DNA of 64,000 nucleotides from Gammaproteobacteria bacterium (lineage in GTDB: Bacteria > Pseudomonadota > Gammaproteobacteria > Eutrophobiales > Eutrophobiaceae). Location: assembly GCA_021773235.1 (NCBI GenBank), contig JAJFKL010000043.1, positions 14,072 to 78,071 on the forward strand. Reading direction: 5' to 3'. Below, in pieces: positions 60,401-64,000 of this stretch. A program made the translations under genes and the position numbers. Within the stretch, counting starts at the first letter, position 1. Each line of letters opens with the position of its first letter. The notes under the pieces were generated by a model. The model was not told the DNA's origin, searched no databases, and saw only the letters and a program-made list of their open reading frames with translations.

Positions 60401-62082
60401 TCACCTATACCTATGATACCTGTAACTTTGGTTTAGGCTTTCTCTGTACCCGTGCCGATGAATCGGGAACGTATGACTACAACTACGATGCCTATGGCAA
60501 TATGACCGATGGCACCTTCACCGAGATCGAAGGCACCGTCTATACTATGAGTTACCTGTATGACGATGGTGACCATATCATCCAAAGCACCTATCCAAGT
60601 GGCAGGGTCGTTGATTATGCAAGAGATGGCGTACGCCGTGTCGAAGCAATCGACACCACACTGAATGGCACAGCACAGAGTATCGTCAGCAACATCCAAT
60701 ACCGGGGTGACAACCAAATCACACAATGCACCTTTGGTAATGGATTGATTGATGAAAGAAGCTATGATCTACAAGGACGACTCACCAATCAATTACTGCG
60801 AGATGCCTTGAATACACTGATTGACGACAGGACATATACCTACGACAAAAATAGCAACGTGTTAAACATTGCGACGAACGTAGAGGATAATGCGTATCTG
60901 TACGACAAGTTAGATCGACTAACGAGCGACACCATTGATAACAACACACCGTTCGACTTCAGTTATGACTTGAACGACAATCGCTTGACTAAAAACTTAC
61001 AAGACCTGACCTTGCAAGAATTCTTTGAGCAACAGGAAAATAGTAATCGCATCAGCATACTGGAAACCGTGCAAGCGGGCGCGACGCCGATAGATACCAC
61101 CCCCAATCGCGACCTCATCTATAACGACGTGGGCAGACTCTATCAACTGATAGAAGAGGGCACCTTAAAGGCCGAATACATCTACAACGATGCGGGGCAA
61201 CGAACAAGGAAAACAAACTACCAAGCTGATGGTATCACTGTAGACAATATCACCATCTACCACTACGACCATATGGGTTATTTGATAACGGAAACGACAG
61301 AGCTTGGTGACCTTATCAAAGATTACATTTGGCAAGAAGGTATGACACCTGTTGCCCAAATCGACAACAACGCCGGAACAGAGAGTATTGTTTATTTGTA
61401 TACAGATCATTTGATGACGAACCGACTTGCAACAGACGACACACAAGCAGTTGTATGGCGTTGGGAAGGGGAAGCGTTTGGGAATACGGCGGCGCAGGAA
61501 ATCTCAGGAGTAAGTGTTAATCTCCGATTCCCCGGACAGTACTTTGATTCTGAGACGAATCTGCATTACAACATGGCTCGCTATTACGACCCACAACTTG
61601 GAAGATATATAACAAGTGACCCAATTGGGTTAAATGGTGGATTAAATACGTATGTGTATGTTAACCAAAATCCTATTCTATCTTCTGATCCAGAAGGTCA
61701 AGCATCGATTGGTGGAGTAGCTGCAACTGTTGTACTTGCTGTCGGAGCCGCAGCTAGGTTATGTAGTAAATTTCCCAAAGCTTGTAACAAAGCTCTTAAA
61801 TGTATGAGGAATCCAAAACTATGTAGAAAAAAAGCATGTAATAAGGTTAACAGGGCTATGCATAAAGTATGTGATTCAGCACGTTCTTGTAAAGGCGGTG
61901 ACTCATGCATGGTTATAATTAGAAAAGCTGCGCATTTATCTTCATGTTTAGCAATGAGATATGCAGTAAGATTATGTCATGGTCGTAATAACGACCCAAG
62001 ACCAACAGGCCATGCGCAAGCAATACGGGAAACTAAAGGTAGAATTAAAGATTGTTGGGATAAGTTTAAATGTTGCTCTTAA
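51421..62082 (+). CDS. giant RHS-family polymorphic toxin (SBBP beta-propeller repeats + Ig-like repeat array + YD repeats + RHS core + C-terminal toxin domain)
   Basis: 3553 aa. N-terminal signal-anchor. SBBP-type repeats (YVAGTTVSASFPVVNAYQT..., 52320-53730). Cadherin-like/putative-Ig segment. About 12 Ig-like repeats of about 80 aa (54016-56790). CarbopepD-reg-like segment. Many YD repeats (58740-61320). RHS core PGQYFDSETNLHYNMARYYDPQLGRYITSDPIGL (DPxGL at about 61618). Then an AT-rich, Cys-rich C-terminal domain of about 135 aa. Confidence 0.9.
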   Translation: MRVRDKALSKMNKQQSETKHTTLSRRVSIRKRKWLVGVTAMTIIAGITATAVLDFSKQRSLKNAKTVTPAHVTVNNKLAQAALINNYAQLPLQFEQNRGQTNDEVEYVSRGSGYTLFLTPTETVLTLQRSSGKQNEQAVVRTSFVNANVPVVFNGNNVLPGKVNYLIGRDESKWLTDIPTYTDVIAKEIYPGIDLRYHGDQRQLEYDFIVAPGVNTDDIQLQFSGVDLLRIGEEGQLVIETAQGTLQHKKPIVYQDISGERITVEGNYLLSENKIVSFKLGQYDPNHELIIDPILDYSTYLGGEADDRGLAIAVDDAGNAYVAGTTVSASFPVVNAYQTSLSGSKDTFIAKLNANGDALVYATYFGGSGDEDDDDDDDSDDDYGEDDEDDNDEGDSDKDTGKDITVDANGYLYITGSTNSDTDFPIVNAVQSTYGGGDRDAYVAKLSVDGSSLLFSTYLGGSNKDKGFGIALSNNGNVFVTGKTKSNNFPTTANAYQTSHAGNGDAYVVQLAGDGSQLNYATYLGGSKSDNAKAIAIDSSGNAAITGVTKSKNDFPLHNALQPSFGGGGRDAYVAQLNASGNALNYSTYLGGAKKDKGRGITIDSHDNVIVVGLTKSKTDFPLVNSLQSTYGGGSDDGFISKLNSAGSGLTFSTYLGGEKTDRLNSVVVDSNDDIYVVGTTKSTNGIPTTDAEQAQLSGSKRDAFITKLSHDGSSVIYGTYLGGSKSDRGKDIAVDGQDAYITGVTKSDIDFPTLNALQPLFGGSNKDAFVVKIAEEVTNQDPEITSTPITDALAGQLYSYDVDATDADEDDVLVYNLQVFPTGMVIDTNTGLISWTPTVIGVVNVTVQVDDGNNGTATQSYSINVTDSDVIAPTITITSPQEGLNTNQANQTITGTLDETATLTLNGNLVAVNLDLSFSATVTLVEGVNSYTFEATDAATNFGAASLTLNLDTVLPVVTITSPQDGLVTNQTTQTIIGSLSEPATFTINGQAVTVNPDLSFSTNVILVEGANAITIEATDAVSNVGNAALTLNLDTEPPVITINAPQDGLITNQSAQTITGSLSETTTLTINGQTVTVNPDLTFSTDVTLVEGANSYTFEATDAATNLDAASLTLNLDTVLPVITITSPQDGLITNQTTQTIIGSLSEPATLTINGQAVTVNPDLSFSTNVILVEGANAITIEATDAASNVGNASLTLILDTVAPDITITDPLDGSLTNLVDQTITGNLDEIATLTFNTASVPVNPDNTFSVGPVALIEGGNTFTFEATDTAGNVSTQSITVTLDTIAPAITVNDPVDGSVTNQANQTITGSVDEAGAFRINGTAVTLNSDNTFSSDVLLVEGENTFTLEITDATMNVNTQTLTVTLDTVAAVITVVSPQEGLVTNQAAQTITGSINETASLTINGQAVSINPDNTYSFAVTLMEGVNSFTLEAIDTGTNTSTQNLTLNLDTITPVVTITNPADGLLSNNPSQLITGSVSEVASLTINGQAVSLNPDNSFSFGPITMAEGANTITAIATDAATNSTTTTINVSLDTVAPVISVTSPVDGALTNQSQIVVAGSLSEQGNLTINGQAITVNLDGSFSAIVSLVEGANTVTLTASDAATNVSQSVLTVNSDTIAPIINITTPINRSSTNQAAQLVTGSLSEAATLLINGQAVTVNPDLSFSFGPITLAEGANSISVSATDAATNNSAGNVSVTLDTVIPTLILDSPTGDILTNQSTVSFSGSVDETVSLTINGQAVTQNPDNTFSANVTVAEGSNVVDVVATDAGGNSVTQSINITIDTIAPSTPIISLTNRGNPLNGIVMVTGLPGAAEPGTLIHVINPVTNYEALVLAQSDGSFSTDVAGFANDIFSIITMDAAGNISAPVVLIPNPPLALTLDAIGNKTAPLGQITRFTVTANDSEGNVIALGLTPLPLPAGMEYNIATGEFSFRPTSGQEGDYNLTFSALSGDERVVENVTVNVSAPNAADPTDLTGRILDASSMQGGTIEPIVGATVSFLATGVSTTTDTQGFFTLSGLPANAEVFDIDTSTAQAGPGGTSYAGFREQFPLVINVTNIVERPFYLPRLAAESLTTVDPLVETIVNNPTLGIDLSIAAGNAINDSDGQPFTGQVSISEVPRNLAPANLPEFMDPTLLFTIQPVGVSYTVPAPITIANTEGHAPNSEVDLWSVDPDLGQFVIVGTGQVSADGSEIVTISGGIRANDWHAFQPPNPNTGGSGTNGKKPCPTCPEEDLTSTVSLNDGHMGTRHTLPAYRSLETSRALTFSYRTFRAYPSPSIPYNSAIDVRSTVPATVSYDLEVGGLKQGQEVFIDTSGFSEGLTEAFSTAISFDAAEFDSGMYDYRLKVTSNFNGGSRQSLIVEDVVMVVNEQQSPFGAGWMLEGLYSLRFNEDNSVTMIAPNGNSISYDATATPDLFDSPDSDYAVFNRNPDGSYTHTEKDGVKMHFNAEGQITEHEDRNNNITAYAYDVDGKLITITDPVGLITTFAYDINGLLETVTDPATRVTNFEYDATGNMTKVTYPDNTFETYEYDNRHLMTAHEDERQNRFTDRYDAFGRIIDGTLPDGTVRAGIGQNSAALIDVSSGVGTSVNPAPVMRPADVDGEYVDGRGNPSNKELDPQGRATLEMDEIGRMTLHTRDADSNPTQTTRPIGSVVTRTFDTFGNVLTQKEEFNTATTTYTYDPFSLVTTVTNPRNHTTTITRDPADGNPLTIVNELGHTTTMVYDSRGLVTSMTSPNGLVTTYTYNTEGLMDTKTETPPVSSPGNVRLWTYAYYPTGLLQTVNTPDGITLTYTYDDRSFLTSVTDNLNQSIIYTYDDHKNVTRTETRSSDGSLALLVDSIYDNRNRLTQTKAPHVGIEESITQRILDENSNLIGLIDPNGNPRSNVYDAFNRLDNNTHREGGITDYTYDDQDRITKVEAPNGVVTDYEYDIISRRTKEISPDRGTITYVYDLANNVTTITEGRGIVASMTYDELERVGTKTYPNTIIGKNENVTYTYDTCNFGLGFLCTRADESGTYDYNYDAYGNMTDGTFTEIEGTVYTMSYLYDDGDHIIQSTYPSGRVVDYARDGVRRVEAIDTTLNGTAQSIVSNIQYRGDNQITQCTFGNGLIDERSYDLQGRLTNQLLRDALNTLIDDRTYTYDKNSNVLNIATNVEDNAYLYDKLDRLTSDTIDNNTPFDFSYDLNDNRLTKNLQDLTLQEFFEQQENSNRISILETVQAGATPIDTTPNRDLIYNDVGRLYQLIEEGTLKAEYIYNDAGQRTRKTNYQADGITVDNITIYHYDHMGYLITETTELGDLIKDYIWQEGMTPVAQIDNNAGTESIVYLYTDHLMTNRLATDDTQAVVWRWEGEAFGNTAAQEISGVSVNLRFPGQYFDSETNLHYNMARYYDPQLGRYITSDPIGLNGGLNTYVYVNQNPILSSDPEGQASIGGVAATVVLAVGAAARLCSKFPKACNKALKCMRNPKLCRKKACNKVNRAMHKVCDSARSCKGGDSCMVIIRKAAHLSSCLAMRYAVRLCHGRNNDPRPTGHAQAIRETKGRIKDCWDKFKCCS

Positions 62083-62563
62083 ATTAAATCGAGATTTTAA
62101 TATTGTGAATAAAGATGAATTATTAAATTGCTTAGAGAGTGCTTTTGCTAACATAGCTTACCCGAAGAATAGAGATTTCTATAAAGCTATAGCTGAAAAA
62201 GAATATGAAGATTATATTGACCCTGGGGAGAATAAAAGGTGGGAAGATCTTTCGAAAGATGAACTACAAAAGCATTACGATTTTATTTATTACCTGGATT
62301 CTGATGCTAAAGTTTATTACTTGCCTTCCTATATAAAATTAATTCTTGAAAACAGTAAGTGTAAAGAAGATGAACATTTTATAGATTTGTGCACAAGTTG
62401 TTTGTTTACACTGTTATCTGAGATTGATATCAAAACCTTAAATGCTAGGCAGCTTCAAATTATTAATCATTTTTTGAATTATTGCCGAGAGATTATTTAT
62501 CCAATATTTGATTTAAATATAACTCATTTAAAAAAAATACAGAAACATTTAGAAGGGAATTAA
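62012..62563 (+). CDS. candidate cognate immunity protein for the RHS C-terminal toxin
   Basis: ORF immediately 3' of the toxin gene. No in-frame ATG after the RHS stop, so the start is either ATG 62012 (71-nt overlap) or GTG 62105. AT-rich like the C-terminal domain. Confidence 0.4.
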   Translation: MRKQYGKLKVELKIVGISLNVALKLNRDFNIVNKDELLNCLESAFANIAYPKNRDFYKAIAEKEYEDYIDPGENKRWEDLSKDELQKHYDFIYYLDSDAKVYYLPSYIKLILENSKCKEDEHFIDLCTSCLFTLLSEIDIKTLNARQLQIINHFLNYCREIIYPIFDLNITHLKKIQKHLEGN

Positions 62564-62582
62564 CATATTAATAGAGACAAAT

Positions 62583-62936
62583 ATGTTATCAGAATATACA
62601 AAAAAGAGAGTCTCAATTGTATTATTGTTTTTTTGTTTTTCAACCAGCGTTCTATATTCCTATATACTATCATTTTCTGAACGTGGCCTTCCTTTTCTTG
62701 ATTGGTTCAACATTTCTCTCTATATTATATGGTTTGGAATACTGGCTTGGATTGCATGGAATATTCATAGAGATAAACCAAGAGCGAAAGATGTGGTTTT
62801 ATTTTTTTCTTGCCTAGTAATATTATTAACAGGGTTTGACCTTTATGAGAAAGATGGTTCTTTACTACTGGCAGGAATTAGTTTGATTGAAGCATCGTTT
62901 CTTTTTTCAGTCTATGTACTTCTTAAGCAAGAATAA
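62583..62936 (+). CDS. small membrane protein (3-4 TM), possible orphan immunity protein
   Basis: 117 aa, hydrophobic. Located in the toxin/immunity graveyard downstream of the RHS gene. Confidence 0.35.
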   Translation: MLSEYTKKRVSIVLLFFCFSTSVLYSYILSFSERGLPFLDWFNISLYIIWFGILAWIAWNIHRDKPRAKDVVLFFSCLVILLTGFDLYEKDGSLLLAGISLIEASFLFSVYVLLKQE

Positions 62937-62995
62937 TAATGATAAAAAGGTGTCGGTGATATATTTTAACCATCAAAACTATAGCAGCTATCAAC

Positions 62996-63142
62996 ATGAC
63001 AAAAGAAAAGACAGGCAAAGACAAACCTGAAGATAAGCCGAAACCACATTACGAGTTGGATGAACTCCTCGCTAAAATCACTCCGGAAAATATGCACCCT
63101 GAAATCTCGATCGGTCCACCTGTCGGAGATGAACTTCTATAA
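62996..63142 (+). pseudogene. MazE/PemI-family antitoxin, C-terminal fragment only
   Basis: 48 aa ...ELDELLAKITPENMHPEISIGPPVGDELL resembles the C-terminal tail of MazE ([28 protein letters not shown]). Lacks the N-terminal AbrB-type domain. No toxin gene adjacent. Confidence 0.35.
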
Positions 63143-63200
63143 GAGCTCACTGAGCTTCCCAGACATTACAGAATAATTTAGATGATTCTTCTAAATGGTC

Positions 63201-63473
63201 TTATTCATGGTCACATTCGCCATCAAATTTGGAAGCTTCTTCTGGAATAGAAACAGTAAGAAATTCTTCTATCACTTTTTCAGGTAATTCATGCGTATAT
63301 AAAATTTGGCGATCCAAGGATTTCAGTCGAATAAACTCTTTAATAGAGAGCAGCACAACATCATCGTGGCCCCGGTGCGTAATCACAACGGGATTACTTT
63401 GAGCTTCTTTTCTATACCGACCAAATTCTTTTCGTAATTCTGATGCGCTTATTCTATTCATAATAGATTCCAC
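63201..63473 (-). CDS. Phd/YefM-family type II antitoxin (no adjacent toxin)
   Basis: 90 aa with ISASELRKEFGRY...NPVVITHRGHDDVVLLSIKEF typical of Phd/YefM. No Doc/YoeB/ParE-like ORF downstream. Confidence 0.65.
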   Translation of the reverse strand: MESIMNRISASELRKEFGRYRKEAQSNPVVITHRGHDDVVLLSIKEFIRLKSLDRQILYTHELPEKVIEEFLTVSIPEEASKFDGECDHE

Positions 63474-63804
63474 TTCTCAACATCGACTAGATGCCTGATG
63501 GCTAATAATCATATCGATTAATCACTATTTTGAATAGAAGCTCTTAGTGAAATTTTTTATTGTCTGCGATTTAATTGGAACACTACAGCACGATGGAACG
63601 GCATCACCAGAATCAGTGGAACGGGTTAACCAGCACAGTGGAATATTTGGGTCAGCGCATGCAACTGCGTATTCCGGTTAAATGTTCCAGTCGTTCTGTT
63701 TTGATTGGTTCATCAATTCTGGTTTGATTGGCCCACCATTATTGAATGTGCCATGCTGTATATAATAATTATTAATAGTTAGTTATCGTTAGACGATTTA
63801 TAAT

Positions 63805-64000
63805 ATGGCTATGACAAGGAATGCGCTAAGTCGAACATCTCACCTTAAGCGAACATCTGTATCTCGACGTTCCTCCTGGAATAATTCATCGTTAAATCAT
63901 CGTGGATACAGACGAAAATCTGTCGTAATTACGACAAATAAATTCAAAGCACTTCCCGGCCAGTACTTTGATGCGGAGACCAATCTGTATAATAGGGGAC
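63805..64000 (+). CDS. orphan rhs C-terminal fragment (3'-truncated by window edge)
   Basis: ORF reaching the window end encodes ...KFKALPGQYFDAETNLYNRG. It matches the RHS core motif of the main gene (LRFPGQYFDSETNLHYN) at the nucleotide level (63952..64000 versus 61531..61580). The upstream about 45 aa show no RHS similarity. Confidence 0.5.
   Translation, partial: MAMTRNALSRTSHLKRTSVSRRSSWNNSSLNHRGYRRKSVVITTNKFKALPGQYFDAETNLYNRG

Noticed and set aside
51799-61910. Numerous short ORFs on both strands within the giant RHS gene
   Set aside because: The 10.7-kb RHS frame is uninterrupted with coherent domain architecture. The internal and antisense ORFs are by-products of repeat-rich, Thr/Val/Gly-biased sequence.
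1-64000. IS elements, integrase, phage or CRISPR arrays flanking the accessory regions
   Set aside because: Both strands were scanned for transposase, integrase or Cas-like ORFs and for short regular direct repeats. None were found. The only repeats are the two-copy 140-bp element, the PKS-tail relic and the intragenic RHS repeats.

Overview
AT-rich (~40% GC) chromosomal segment that looks gammaproteobacterial (nuo operon, gsp/xps genes, NhaD); this taxon guess is inference only. In order, the window contains:
- (1) the 3' end of the nuo operon (nuoK partial, nuoL, nuoM, nuoN) with a terminator-like hairpin.
- (2) A signalling/accessory stretch: an HExxH-motif hypothetical protein, a PAS + HD-GYP phosphodiesterase, a CBS-domain protein.
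- (3) A putative NO/O2-stress island: a small Cys-rich GDCCVxC-type ORF broken by two in-frame TAG codons, a frameshifted globin-like gene, a group-2 truncated haemoglobin, an FNT nitrite/formate channel, a translationally coupled CoxB-CoxA-Sco-membrane protein operon encoding a B-family-like haem-copper oxidase, and a convergent NsrR-like Rrf2 regulator.
- (4) psd, a second Sco plus a PCuAC copper chaperone, and nhaD.
- (5) A hopanoid cluster (hpnA-like epimerase, hpnN RND transporter, a PhyH-family dioxygenase, hpnG, squalene-hopene cyclase, squalene synthase).
- (6) Divergent from the squalene synthase gene, a two-gene Pfa-like synthase (PfaD enoyl reductase plus a 2260-aa KS-AT-ACPx4-KR-DH protein) followed by a polyprenyl-phosphate sugar transferase and a degenerate duplicate of the PKS 3' end.
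- (7) A complete Xps-type type II secretion operon on the minus strand (gspE-F-G-H-I-J-K-L-M-C/N-D).
- (8) Divergent from the T2SS, a three-gene operon ending in a 3553-aa RHS polymorphic toxin (SBBP beta-propeller repeats, about 12 Ig-like repeats, YD repeats, RHS core with DPxGL, AT-rich Cys-rich C-terminal domain), followed by a candidate immunity gene, orphan antitoxin fragments and an orphan rhs C-terminal fragment at the window edge.
I saw no transposase or integrase genes and no CRISPR array. A ~140-bp intra-operon repeat occurs twice (between shc and hpnG, and between gspF and gspG) with compensatory changes in an internal hairpin.
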